From: the human T2T-CHM13v2.0 reference genome, Homo sapiens
Length of the DNA stretch: 64,000 nt
NCBI RefSeq assembly: GCF_009914755.1
Contig: NC_060925.1
Reading direction: 5' to 3' (one strand)
Below are positions 27,353-42,380 of the stretch, in pieces. Under the pieces are notes generated by a model, which saw only the letters and a program-made list of their open reading frames with translations, was not told the origin of the DNA and did not search any database. Within the stretch, counting starts at the first letter, position 1. Each line of letters begins with the position of its first letter. A program made the position numbers and the translations under genes.

Positions 27353-30300
27353 ATGGAATCGTCATCGAATGAATTGAATGCAATCATCGAATGGTCTCGA
27401 ATGGAATCATCTTCTAATGGAAAGGAATGGAATCATCGCATAGAATCGAATGGAATTATCATCGAATGGAATCGAATGGTATCAACACCAAACGGAAAAA
27501 AACGGAATTATCGAATGGAATCGAAGAGAATCTTCGAACGGACCCGAATGGAATCATCTAATGGAATGGAATGGAATAATCCATGGACTCGAATGCAATC
27601 ATCATCGAATGGAATCGAATGGAATCATCGAATGGACTCGAATGGAATAATCATTGAACGGAATCGAATGGAATCATCATCGGATGGAAACGAATGGAAT
27701 CATCATCGAATGGAAATGAAAGGAGTCATCACCTAATGGAATTGCATGGAATCATCATAAAATGGAATCGAATGGAATCAACATCAAATGGAATCAAATG
27801 GAATCATTGAACGGAATTGAATGGAATCGTCATCGAATGAATTGACTGCAATCATCGAATGGTCTCGAATGGAATCATCTTCAAATGGAATGGAATGGAA
27901 TCATCGCATAGAATCGAATGGAATTATCATCGAATGGAATCGAATGGAATCAACATCAAACGGAAAAAAAGGGAATTATCGAATTGAATCGAAGAGAATC
28001 ATCGAATGGACCCGAATGGAATCATCTAATGGAATGGAATGGAATAATCCATGGACTCGAATGCAATCATCATCGAATGGAATCGAATGGAATCATCGAA
28101 TGGACTCGAATGGAATAATCATTGAACGGAATCGAATGGAATCATCATCGGATGGAAATGAATGGAATCATCATCGAATGGAATCGAATAGAATTATGGA
28201 ATGAAATCCAGTGTGATCATCATCGAATGGACCCGAATGGAATCATCATCCAACGGAAGCTAATGGAATCAACATCGAATGAATCGAATGGAAACACCAT
28301 CGAATTGAAACGAATGGAATTATCATGAAATTGAAATGGATGGACTCATCATCGAATGGATTCGAATGGAATCATCGAATAAAATTGATTGAAATCATCA
28401 TCCAATGGAATCGAATGGTATCATTGAATGGAATCGAATGGAATCATCATCAGATGGAAATGAATGGAATCGTCATAGAATGGAATCGAATGGATTCATT
28501 GAATGGAATCAGATGGAATCATCGAATGGACTGGAATGGAATCATTGAATGGACTCGAAAGGGATCATTATTGAATGGAATTGAATGGAATCATCGAATG
28601 GTCTCGATTGGAATCATTATCAAATGGAATCGAATGGAATCACCGAATAGAATCGAATGGAACAATCATCGAATGGACTCAAATGGAATTATCCTCCAAT
28701 GGAATCGAATGGAATTATCGAATGCAATCGAATGGAATTATCGAATGCAATCGAATAGAATCATCGAATGGACTCGAATGGAATCATCGAATGGAATGGA
28801 ATGGAACAGTCAATGAACACGAATGGAATCATCATTGAATGGAATCGAATGGAATCATCGAGTGGAATTGAATGGAATTATGATCAAATGGAATCGAATG
28901 TAATCATCATCAAATGGAATCAAAAATAACCATCATCAATTGGTATTGAATGGAATTGTCATCAAATGGAATTCAAAGGAATCATCATCAAATGGAACCG
29001 AATGGAATCCTCATTGAATGGAAATGAAAGGGGTCATCATCTAATGGAATCGCATGGAATCATCATCAAATGGAATCGAATGGAATCATCATCAAATGGA
29101 ATCTAATGGAATCATTGAACAGAATTGAATGGAATCGTCATCGAATGAATTGAATGCAATAATCGAATGGTCTCGAATGGAATCATCTTCTAATGGAAAG
29201 GAATGGAATCATCGCATAGAATCGAATGGAATTATCATCGAATGGAATCGAATGGTATCAACACCAAACGGAAAAAAACGGAATTATCGAATGGAATCGA
29301 AGAGAATCTTCGAACGGACCCGAATGGAATCATCTAATGGAATGGAATGGAATAATCCATGGACTCGAATGCAATCATCATCGAATGGAATCGAATGGAA
29401 TCATCGAATGGACTCGAATGGAATAATCATTGAACGGAATCGATTGGAATCATCATCGGATGGAAACGAATGGAATCATCATCGAAAGGAAATAAAAGGA
29501 GTCATCATCTAATGGAATTGCATGGAATCATCATAAAATGGAATCGAATGGAATCAACATCAAATGGAATCAAATGGAATCATTGAACGGAATTGAATGG
29601 AATCGTCATCGAATGAATTGACTGCAATCATCGAATGGTCTCGAATGGAATCATCTTCAAATGGAATGGAATGGAATCATCGCATAGAATCGAATGGAAT
29701 TATCATCGAATGGAATCGAATGGAATCAACATCAAACGGAAAAAAACGGAATTATCGAATGGAATCGAAGAGAATCATCGAATGGACCCGAATGGAATCA
29801 TCTAATGGAATGGAATGGAATAATCCATGGACTCGAATGCAATCATCATCGAATGGAATCGAATGGAATCATCGAATGGACTCGAATGGAATAATCATTG
29901 AACGGAATCGAATGGAATCATCATCGGATGGAAATGAATGGAATCATCATCGAATGGAATCGAATAGAATTATGGAATGAAATCCAGTGTGATCATCATC
30001 GAATGGACCCGAATGGAATCATCATCCAACGGAAGCTAATGGAATCAACATCGAATGAATCGAATGGAAACACCATCGAATTGAAACGAATGGAATTATC
30101 ATGAAATTGAAATGGATGGACTCATCATCGAATGGATTCGAATGGAATCATCGAATAAAATTGATTGAAATCATCATCCAATGGAATCGAATGGTATCAT
30201 TGAATGGAATCGAATGGAATCATCATCAGATGGAAATGAATGGAATCGTCATAGAATGGAATCGAATGGATTCATTGAATGGAATCAGATGGAATCATCG

Positions 30301-32742
30301 AATGGACTGGAATGGAATCATCGAATGGACTCGAAAGGGATCATGATTGAATGGAATTGAATGGAATCATCGAATGGTCTCGATTGGAATCATTATCAAA
30401 TGGAATCGAATGGAATCCCCGAATAGAATCGAATGGAACAATCATCGAATGGACTCAAATGGAATTATCCTCAAATGGAATCGAATGGAATTATCGAATG
30501 CAATCGAATGGAATTATCGAATGCAATCGAATAGAATCATCGAATGGACTCGAATGGAATCATCGAATGGAATGGAATGGAACAGTCAATGAACGCGAAT
30601 GGAATCATCATTGAATGGAATCGAATGGAATCATCGAGTGGAATCGAATGGAATTATGATCAAATGGAATCGAATGTAATCATCATCAAATGGAATCAAA
30701 AATAACCATCATCAATTGGTATTGAATGGAATTGTCATCAAATGGAATTCAAAGGAATCATCATCAAATGGAACCGAATGGAATCCTCATTGAATGGAAA
30801 TGAAAGGGGTCATCATCTAATGGAATCGCATGGAATCATCATCAAATGGAATCGAATGGAATCATCATCAAATGGAATCTAATGGAATCATTGAACAGAA
30901 TTGAATGGAATCGTCATCGAATGAATTGAATGCAATCATCGAATGGTCTCGAATGGAATCATCTTCTAATGGAAAGGAATGGAATCATCGCATAGAATCG
31001 GATGGAATTATCATCGAATGGAATCGAATGGTATCAACACCAAACGGAAAAAAACGGAATTATCGAATGGAATCGAAGAGAATCTTCGAACGGACCCGAA
31101 TGGAATCATCTAATGGAATGGAATGGAATAATCCATGGACTCGAATGCAATCATCATCGAATGGAATCGAATGGAATCATCGAATGGACTCGAATGGAAT
31201 AATCATTGAACGGAATCGATTGGAATCATCATCGGATGGAAACGAATGGAATCATCATCGAATGGAAATGAAAGGAGTCATCATCTAATGGAATTGCATG
31301 GAATCATCATCAAATGGAATCGAATGGAATCAACATCAAATGGAATCAAATGGAATCATTGAACGGAATTGAATGGAATCGTCATCGAATGAATTGACTG
31401 CAATCATCGAATGGTCTCGAATGGAATCATCTTCAAATGGAATGGAATGGAATCATCGCATAGAATCGAATGGAATTATCATCGAATGGAATCGAATGGA
31501 ATCAACAGCAAACGGAAAAAAACGGAATTATCGAATGGAATCGAAGAGAATCATCGAATGGACCCGAATGGAATCATCTAATGGAATGGAATGGAATAAT
31601 CCATGGACTCGAATGCAATCATCATCGAATGGAATCGAATGGAATCATCGAATGGACTCGAATGGAATTATCATTGAACGGAAACGAATGGAATCATCGG
31701 ATGGAAATGAATGGAATCATCATCGAATGGAATCGAATAGAATTATGGAATGAAATCCAGTGTGATCATCATCGAATGGACCCGAATGGAATCATCATCC
31801 AACGGAAGCTAATGGAATCAACATCGAATGAATCGAATGGAAACACCATCGAATTGAAACGAATGGAATTATCATGAAATTGAAATGGATGGACTCATCA
31901 TCGAATGGATTCGAATGGAATCATCGAATAAAATTGATTGAAATCATCATCCAATGGAATCGAATGGTATCATTGAATGGAATCGAATGGAATCATCATC
32001 AGATGGAAATGAATGGAATCGTCATAGAATGGAATCGAATGGATTCATTGAATGGAATCAGATGGAATCATCGAATGGACTGGAATGGAATCATTGAATG
32101 GACTCGAAAGGGATCATGATTGAATGGAATTGAATGGAATCATCGAATGGTCTCGATTGGAATCATTATCAAATGGAATCGAATGGAATCACCGAATAGA
32201 ATCGAATGGAACAATCATCGAATGGACTCAAATGGAATTATCCTCAAATGGAATCGAATGGAATTATCGAATGCAATCGAATGGAATTATCGAATGCAAT
32301 CGAATAGAATCATCGAATGGACTCGAACGGAATCATCGAATGGAATGGAATGGAACAGTCAATGAACTCGAATGGAATCATCATTGAATGGAATCGAATG
32401 GAATCATCGAGTGGAATCGAATGGAATTATGATCAAATGGAATCGAATGTAATCATCATCAAATGGAATCAAAAATAACCATCATCAATTGGTATTGAAT
32501 GGAATTGTCATCAAATGGAATTCAAAGGAATCATCAACAAATGGAACTGAATGGAATCCTCATTGAATGGAAATGAAAGGGGTCATCATCTAATGGAATC
32601 GCATGGAATCATCATCAAATGGAATCGAATGGAATCATCATCAAATGGAATCTAATGGAATCATTGAACAGAATTGAATGGAATCGTCATCGAATGAATT
32701 GAATGCAATCATCGAATGGTCTCGAATGGAATCATCTTCTAA

Positions 32743-32937
32743 AGGAAATGAATGGAATCATCGCATAGAATCGAATGGAATTAACATTGAATGGACTCGA
32801 ATGGAATCAACATCAAATGGAATCAAGCGGAATTATCGAATGGAATCGAAGAGATTCATCGAATGGACTCGAATGGAATCATCTAATGGAATGGAATGGA
32901 ATAATCCATGGACCCGAATGTAATCATCATCGTATAA
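32743..32937 (+). other. Locally diverged HSat2 tract (about 20 substitutions, no indels) within an A subunit
   Basis: Manual comparison with the equivalent segment of the unit at 48908; for example CATCAAATGGAATCAAGCGG replaces CACCAAACGGAAAAAAACGG. Confidence 0.88.
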
Positions 32938-33199
32938 AATCGAATGGAATCATCGAATGGACTCGAATGGAATAATCATTGAACGGAATCGAATGGAATC
33001 ATCATCGGATGGATACGAATGGAATCATCATCGAATGGAAATGAAAGGAGTCATCATCTAATGGAATTGCATGGAATCATCATAAAATGGAATCGAATGG
33101 AATCAACATCAAATGGAATCAAATGGAATCATTGAACGGAATTGAATGGAGTCGTCATCGAATGAATTGAATGCAATCATCGAATGGTCTCGAATGGAA

Positions 33200-36100
33200 T
33201 CATCTTCAAATGGAATGGAATGGAATCATCGCATAGAATCGAATGGAATTATCATCGAATGGAATCGAATGGAATCAACCTCAAACGTAAAAAAACGGAA
33301 TTATCGAATGGAATCGAAGAGAATCATCGAATGGACCCGAATGGAATCATCTAATGGAATGGAATGGAATAATCCATGGACTCGAATGCAATCATCATCG
33401 AATGGAATCGAATGGAATCATCGAGTGGACTCGAATGGAATAATCATTGAACGGAATCGAATGGAATCATCATCGGATGGAAATGAATGGAATCATCATC
33501 GAATGGAATCGAATAGAATTATGGAATGAAATCCAGTGTGATCATCATCGAATGGACCCGAATGGAATCATCATCCAACGGAAGCTAATGGAATCAACAT
33601 GGAATGAATCGAATGGAAACACCATCGAATTGAAACGAATGGAATTATCATGAAATTGAAATGGATGGACTCATCATCGAATGGATTCGAATGGAATCAT
33701 CGAATAAAATTGATTGAAATCATCATCGAATGGAATCGAATGGTATCATTGAATGGAATCGAATGGAATCATCATCAGATGGAAATGAATGGAATCGTCA
33801 TAGAATGGAATCGAATGGATTCATTGAATGGAATCAGATGGAATCATCGAATGGACTGGAATGGAATCATTGAATGGACTCGAAAGGGATCATGATTGAA
33901 TGGAATTGAATGGAATCATCGAATGGTCTCGATTGGAATCATTATCAAATGGAATCGAATGGAATCACCGAATAGAATCGAATGGAACAATCATCGAATG
34001 GACTCAAATGGAATTATCCTCCAATGGAATCGAATGGAATTATCGAATGCAATCGAATGGAATTATCGAATGCAATCGAATAGAATCATCGAATGGACTC
34101 GAATGGAATCATCGAATGGAATGGAATGGAACAGTCAATGAACACGAATGGAATCATCATTGAATGGAATCGAATGGAATCATCGAGTGGAATCGAATGG
34201 AATTATGATCAAATGGAATCGAATGTAATCATCATCAAATGGAATCAAAAATAACCATAATCAATTGGTATTGAATGGAATTGTCATCAAATGGAATTCA
34301 AAGGAATCATCATCAAATGGAACCGAATGGAATCCTCATTGAATGGAAATGAAAGGGGTCATCATCTAATGGAATCGCATGGAATCATCATCAAATGGAA
34401 TCTAATGGAATCATTGAACAGAATTGAATGGAATCGTCATCGAATGAATTGAATGCAATCATCGAATGGTCTCGAATGGAATCATCTTCTAATGCAAAGG
34501 AATGGAATCATCGCATAGAATCGAATGGAATTATCATCAAATGGAATCGAATGGTATCAACACCAAACGGAAAAAAACGGAATTATCGAATGGAATCGAA
34601 GAGAATCTTCGAACGGACCCGAATGGAATCATCTAATGGAATGGAATGGAATAATCCATGGACTCGAATGCAATCATCATCGAATGGAATCGAATGGAAT
34701 CATCGAATGGACTCGAATGGAATAATCATTGAACGGAATCGAATGGAATCATCATCGGATGGAAACGAATGGAATCATCATCGAATGGAAATGAAAGGAG
34801 TCATCATCTAATGCAATTGCATGGAATCATCATCAAATGGAATCGAATGGAATCAACATCAAATGGAATCTAATGGAATCATTGAACAGAATTGAATGGA
34901 ATCGTCATCGAATGAATTGACTGCAATCATCCAATGGTCTCGAATGGAATCATCTTCAAATGGAATGGAATGGAATCATCGCATAGAATCGAATGGAATT
35001 ATCATCGAATGGAATCGAATGGAATCAACATCAAACGGAAAAAAACGGAATTATCGAATGGAATCGAAGAGAATCATCGAATCGACCCGAATGGAATCAT
35101 CTAATGGAATGGAATGGAATAATCCATGGACTCGAATGCAATCATCATCGAATGGAATCGAATGGAATCATCGAATGGACTCGAATGGAATAATCATTGA
35201 ACGGAATCGAATGGAATCATCATCGGATGGAAATGAATGGAATCATCATCGAATGGAATCGAATAGAATTATGGAATGAAATCCAGTGTGATCATCATCG
35301 AATGGACCCGAATGGAATCATCATCCAACGGAAGCTAATGGAATCAACATCGAATGAATCCAATGGAAACATCATCGAATTGAAACGAATGGAATTATCA
35401 TGAAATTGAAATGGATGGACTCATCATCGAATGGATTCGAATGGAATCATCGAATAAAAGTGATTGAAATCATCATCGAATGGAATCGAATGGTATCATT
35501 GAATGGAATCGAATGGAATCATCATCAGATGGAAATGAATGGAATCGTCATAGAATGGAATCGAATGGATTCATTGAATGGAATCAGATGGAATCATCGA
35601 ATGGACTGGAATGGAATCATTGAATGGACTCGAAAGGGATCATGATTGAATGGAATTGAATGGAATCATCGAATGGTCTCGATTGGAATCATTATCAAAT
35701 GGAATCGAATGGAATCACCGAATAGAATCGAATGGAACAATCATCGAATGGACTCAAATGGAATTATCCTCCAATGGAATCGAATGGAATTATCGAATGC
35801 AATCGAATGGAATTATCGAATGCAATCGAATAGAATCATCGAATGGACTCGAATGGAATCATCGAATGGAATGGAATGGAACAGTCAATGAACTCGAATG
35901 GAATCATCATTGAATGGAATCGAATGGAATCATCGAGTGGAATCGAATGGAATTATGATCAAATGGAATCGAATGTAATCATCATCAAATGGAATCAAAA
36001 ATAACCATCATCAATTGGTATTGAATGGAATTATCATCAAATGGAATTCAAAGGAATCATCATCAAATGGAACCGAATGGAATCCTCATTGAATGGAAAT

Positions 36101-39100
36101 GAAAGGGGTCATCATCTAATGGAATCGCATGGAATCATCATCAAATGGAATCGAATGGAATCATCATCAAATGGAATCTAATGGAATCATTGAACAGAAT
36201 TGAATGGAATCGTCATCGAATGAATTGAATGCAATCATCGAATGGTCTCGAATGGAATCATCTTCTAATGGAAAGGAATGGAATCATCGCATAGAATCGA
36301 ATGGAATTATCATCGAATGGAATCGAATGGTATCAACACCAAACGGAAAAAAACGGAATTATCGAATGGAATCGAAGAAAATCTTCGAACGGACCCGAAT
36401 GGAATCATCTAATGGAATGGAATGGAATAATCCATGGACTCGAATGCAATCATCATCGAATGGAATCGAATGGAATCATCGAATGGACTCGAATGGAATA
36501 ATCATTGAACGGAATCGAATGGAATCATCATCGGATGGAAACGAATGGAATCATCATCGAATGGAAATGAAAGGAGTCATCATCTAATGGAATTGCATGG
36601 AATCATCATAAAATGGAATCGAATGGAATCAACATCAAATGGAATCAAATGGAATCATTGAACGGAATTGAATGGAATCGTCATCGAATGAATTGACTGC
36701 AATCATCGAATGGTCTCGAATGGAATCATCTTCAAATGGAATGGAATGGAATCATCGCATAGAATCGAATGGAATTATCATCGAATGGAATCGAATGGAA
36801 TCAACATCAAACGGAAAAAAACGGAATTATCGAATGGAATCGAAGAGAATCATCGAATGGACCCGAATGGAATCATCTAATGGAATGGAATGGAATAATC
36901 CATGGACTCGAATGCAATCATCATCGAATGGAATCGAATGGAATCATCGAATGAACTCGAATGGAATCATCATTGAATGGAATCGAATGGAATCATCGAG
37001 TGGAATCGAATGGAATTATGATCAAATGGAATTGAATGTAATCATCATCAAATGGAATCAAAAATAACCATCATCAATTGGTATTGAATGGAATTGTCAT
37101 CAAATGGAATTCAAAGGAATCATCATCAAATGGAACCGAATGGAATCCTCATTGAATGGAAATGAAAGGGGTCATCATCTAATGGAATCGCATGGAATCA
37201 TCATCAAATGGAATCGAATGGAATCATCATCAAATGGAATCTAATGGAATCATTGAACAGAATTGAATGGAATCGTCATCGAATGAATTGAATGCAATCA
37301 TCGAATGGTCTCGAATGGAATCATCTTCTAATGGAAAGGAATGGAATCATCGCATAGAATCGAATGGAATTATCATCGAATGGAATCGAATGGTATCAAC
37401 ACCAAACGGAAAAAAACGGAATTATCGAATGGAATCGAAGAGAATCTTCGAACGGACCCGAATGGAATCATCTAATGGAATGGAATGGAATAATCCATGG
37501 ACTCGAATGCAATCATCATCGAATGGAATGGAATGGAATCATCGAATGGACTCGAATGGAATAATCATTGAACGGAATCGAATGGAATCATCATCGGATG
37601 GAAACGAATGGAATCATCATCGAATGGAAATGAAAGGAGTCATCATCTAATGGAATTGCATGGAATCATCATAAAATGGAATCGAATGGAATCAACATCA
37701 AATGGAATCAAATGGAATCATTGAACGGAATTGAATGGAATCGTCATCGAATGAATTGACTGCAATCATCGAATGGTCTCGAATGGAATCATCTTCAAAT
37801 GGAATGGAATGGAATCATCGCATAGAATCGAATGGAATTATCATCGAATGGAATCGAATGGAATCAACCTCAAACGTAAAAAAACGGAATTATCGAATGG
37901 AATCGAAGAGAATCATCGAATGGACCCGAATGGAATCATCTAATGGAATGGAATGGAATAATCCATGGACTCGAATGCAATCATCATCGAATGGAATCGA
38001 ATGGAATCATCGAGTGGACTCGAATGGAATAATCATTGAACGGAATCGAATGGAATCATCATCGGATGGAAATGAATGGAATCATCATCGAATGGAATCG
38101 AATAGAATTATGGAATGAAATCCAGTGTGATCATCATCGAATGGACCCGAATGGAATCATCATCCAACGGAAGCTAATGGAATCAACATGGAATGAATCG
38201 AATGGAAACACCATCGAATTGAAACGAATGGAATTATCATGAAATTGAAATGGATGGACTCATCATCGAATGGATTCGAATGGAATCATCGAATAAAATT
38301 GATTGAAATCATCATCGAATGGAATCGAATGGTATCATTGAATGGAATCGAATGGAATCATCATCAGATGGAAATGAATGGAATCGTCATAGAATGGAAT
38401 CGAATGGATTCATTGAATGGAATCAGATGGAATCATCGAATGGACTGGAATGGAATCATTGAATGGACTCGAAAGGGATCATGATTGAATGGAATTGAAT
38501 GGAATCATCGAATGGTCTCGATTGGAATCATTATCAAATGGAATCGAATGGAATCACCGAATAGAATCGAATGGAACAATCATCGAATGGACTCAAATGG
38601 AATTATCCTCAAATGGAATCGAATGGAATTATCGAATGCAATCGAATGGAATTATCGAATGCAATCGAATAGAATCATCGAATGGACTCGAATGGAATCA
38701 TCGAATGGAATGGAATGGAACAGTCAATGAACACGAATGGAATCATCATTGAATGGAATCGAATGGAATCATCGAGTGGAATCGAATGGAATTATGATCA
38801 AATGGAATCGAATGTAATCATCATCAAATGGAATCAAAAATAACCATCATCAATTGGTATTGAATGGAATTGTCATCAAATGGAATTCAAAGGAATCATC
38901 ATCAAATGGAACCGAATGGAATCCTCATTTAATGGAAATGAAAGGGGTCATCATCTAATGGAATCGCATGGAATCATCATCAAATGGAATCTAATGGAAT
39001 CATTGAACAGAATTGAATGGAATCGTCATCGAATGAATTGAATGCAATCATCGAATGGTCTCGAATGGAATCATCTTCTAATGCAAAGGAATGGAATCAT

Positions 39101-42100
39101 CGCATAGAATCGAATGGAATTATCATCAAATGGAATCGAATGGTATCAACACCAAACGGAAAAAAACGGAATTATCGAATGGAATCGAAGAGAATCTTCG
39201 AACGGACCCGAATGGAATCATCTAATGGAGTGGAATGGAATAATCCATGGACTCGAATGCAATCATCATCGAATGGAATCGAATGGAATCATCGAATGGA
39301 CTCGAATGGAATAATCATTGAACGGAATCGAATGGAATCATCATCGGATGGAAACGAATGGAATCATCATCGAATGGAAATGAAAGGAGTCATCATCTAA
39401 TGCAATTGCATGGAATCATCATCAAATGGAATCGAATGGAATCAACATCAAATGGAATCTAATGGAATCATTGAACAGAATTGAATGGAATCGTCATCGA
39501 ATGAATTGACTGCAATCATCCAATGGTCTCGAATGGAATCATCTTCAAATGGAATGGAATGGAATCATCGCATAGAATCGAATGGAATTATCATCGAATG
39601 GAATCGAATGGAATCAACATCAAACGGAAAAAAACGGAATTATCGAATGGAATCGAAGAGAATCATCGAATGGACCCGAATGGAATCATCTAATGGAATG
39701 GAATGGAATAATCCATGGACTCGAATGCAATCATCATCGAATGGAATCGAATGGAATCATCGAATGGACTCGAATGGAATAATCATTGAACGGAATCGAA
39801 TGGAATCATCATCGGATGGAAATGAATGGAATCATCATCGAATGGAATCGAATAGAATTATGGAATGAAATCCAGTGTGATCATCATCGAATGGACCCGA
39901 ATGGAATCATCATCCAACGGAAGCTAATGGAATCAACATCGAATGAATCCAATGGAAACATCATCGAATTGAAACGAATGGAATTATCATGAAATTGAAA
40001 TGGATGGACTCATCATCGAATGGATTCGAATGGAATCATCGAATAAAAGTGATTGAAATCATCATCGAATGGAATCGAATGGTATCATTGAATGGAATCG
40101 AATGGAATCATCATCAGATGGAAATGAATGGAATCGTCATAGAATGGAATCGAATGGATTCATTGAATGGAATCAGATGGAATCATCGAATGGACTGGAA
40201 TGGAATCATTGAATGGACTCGAAAGGGATCATGATTGAATGGAATTGAATGGAATCATCGAATGGTCTCGATTGGAATCATTATCAAATGGAATCGAATG
40301 GAATCACCGAATAGAATCGAATGGAACAATCATCGAATGGACTCAAATGGAATTATCCTCAAATGGAATCGAATGGAATTATCGAATGCAATCGAATGGA
40401 ATTATCGAATGCAATCGAATAGAATCATCGAATGGACTCGAATGGAATCATCGAATGGAATGGAATGGAACAGTCAATGAACTCGAATGGAATCATCATT
40501 GAATGGAATCGAATGGAATCATCGAGTGGAATCGAATGGAATTATGATCAAATGGAATCGAATGTAATCATCATCAAATGGAATCAAAAATAACCATCAT
40601 CAATTGGTATTGAATGGAATTATCATCAAATGGAATTCAAAGGAATCATCATCAAATGGAACCGAATGGAATCCTCATTGAATGGAAATGAAAGGGGTCA
40701 TCATCTAATGGAATCGCATGGAATCATCATCAAATGGAATCGAATGGAATCATCATCAAATGGAATCTAATGGAATCATTGAACAGAATTGAATGGAATC
40801 GTCATCGAATGAATTGAATGCAATCATCGAATGGTCTCGAATGGAATCATCTTCTAATGGAAAGGAATGGAATCATCGCATAGAATCGAATGGAATTATC
40901 ATCGAATGGAATCGAATGGTATCAACACCAAACGGAAAAAAACGGAATTATCGAATGGAATCGAAGAAAATCTTCGAACGGACCCGAATGGAATCATCTA
41001 ATGGAATGGAATGGAATAATCCATGGACTCGAATGCAATCATCATCGAATGGAATCGAATGGAATCATCGAATGGACTCGAATGGAATAATCATTGAACG
41101 GAATCGAATGGAATCATCATCGGATGGAAACGAATGGAATCATCATCGAATGGAAATGAAAGGAGTCATCATCTAATGGAATTGCATGGAATCATCATAA
41201 AATGGAATCGAATGGAATCAACATCAAATGGAATCAAATGGAATCATTGAACGGAATTGAATGGAATCGTCATCGAATGAATTGACTGCAATCATCGAAT
41301 GGTCTCGAATGGAATCATCTTCAAATGGAATGGAATGGAATCATCGCATAGAATCGAATGGAATTATCATCGAATGGAATCGAATGGAATCAACATCAAA
41401 CGGAAAAAAACGGAATTATCGAATGGAATCGAAGAGAATCATCGAATGGACCCGAATGGAATCATCTAATGGAATGGAATGGAATAATCCATGGACTCGA
41501 ATGCAATCATCATCGAATGGAATCGAATGGAATCATCGAATGAACTCGAATGGAATCATCATTGAATGGAATCGAATGGAATCATCGAGTGGAATCGAAT
41601 GGAAATATGATCAAATGGAATTGAATGTAATCATCATCAAATGGAATCAAAAATAACCATCATCAATTGGTATTGAATGGAATTGTCATCAAATGGAATT
41701 CAAAGGAATCATCATCAAATGGAACCGAATGGAATCCTCATTGAATGGAAATGAAAGGGGTCATCATCTAATGGAATCGCATGGAATCATCATCAAATGG
41801 AATCGAATGGAATCATCATCAAATGGAATCTAATGGAATCATTGAACAGAATTGAATGGAATCGTCATCGAATGAATTGAATGCAATCATCGAATGGTCT
41901 CGAATGGAATCATCTTCTAATGGAAAGGAATGGAATCATCGCATAGAATCGAATGGAATTATCATCGAATGGAATCGAATGGTATCAACACCAAACGGAA
42001 AAAAACGGAATTATCGAATGGAATCGAAGAGAATCTTCGAACGGACCCGAATGGAATCATCTAATGGAATGGAATGGAATAATCCATGGACTCGAATGCA

Positions 42101-42380
42101 ATCATCATCGAATGGAATCGAATGGAATCATCGAATGGACTCGAATGGAATAATCATTGAACGGAATCGAATGGAATCATCATCGGATGGAAACGAATGG
42201 AATCATCATCGAATGGAAATGAAAGGAGTCATCATCTAATGGAATTGCATGGAATCATCATAAAATGGAATCGAATGGAATCAACATCAAATGGAATCAA
42301 ATGGAATCATTGAACGGAATTGAATGGAATCGTCATCGAATGAATTGACTGCAATCATCGAATGGTCTCGAATGGAATCA
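33200..42380 (+). repeat. Recent 4,589-bp tandem duplication (1750+1776+1063); ends approximate
   Basis: Rare variants paired at exactly 4589 bp: 33280/37869, 33288/37877, 33601/38190, 34495/39084, 35460/40049, 36379/40968, 37033/41622. The 26-bp and 713-bp deletions are also shared. Confidence 0.92.
36204..37266 (+). repeat. 1,063-bp short unit (713-bp deletion); also at 40793, 52434, 55273, 58112 and 60951
   Basis: Junction ATCATCG-AATG-AACTCGAATGG at 36950-36953; the block from the end of subunit B through GGAACAGTC is absent. Confidence 0.93.

Noticed and set aside
36204-37266. Deletion sizes equal to exact monomer multiples (713 = 31x23, 468 = 18x26)
   Set aside because: The deleted segments contain a mix of cell lengths, so the neat factorisation is probably coincidence.
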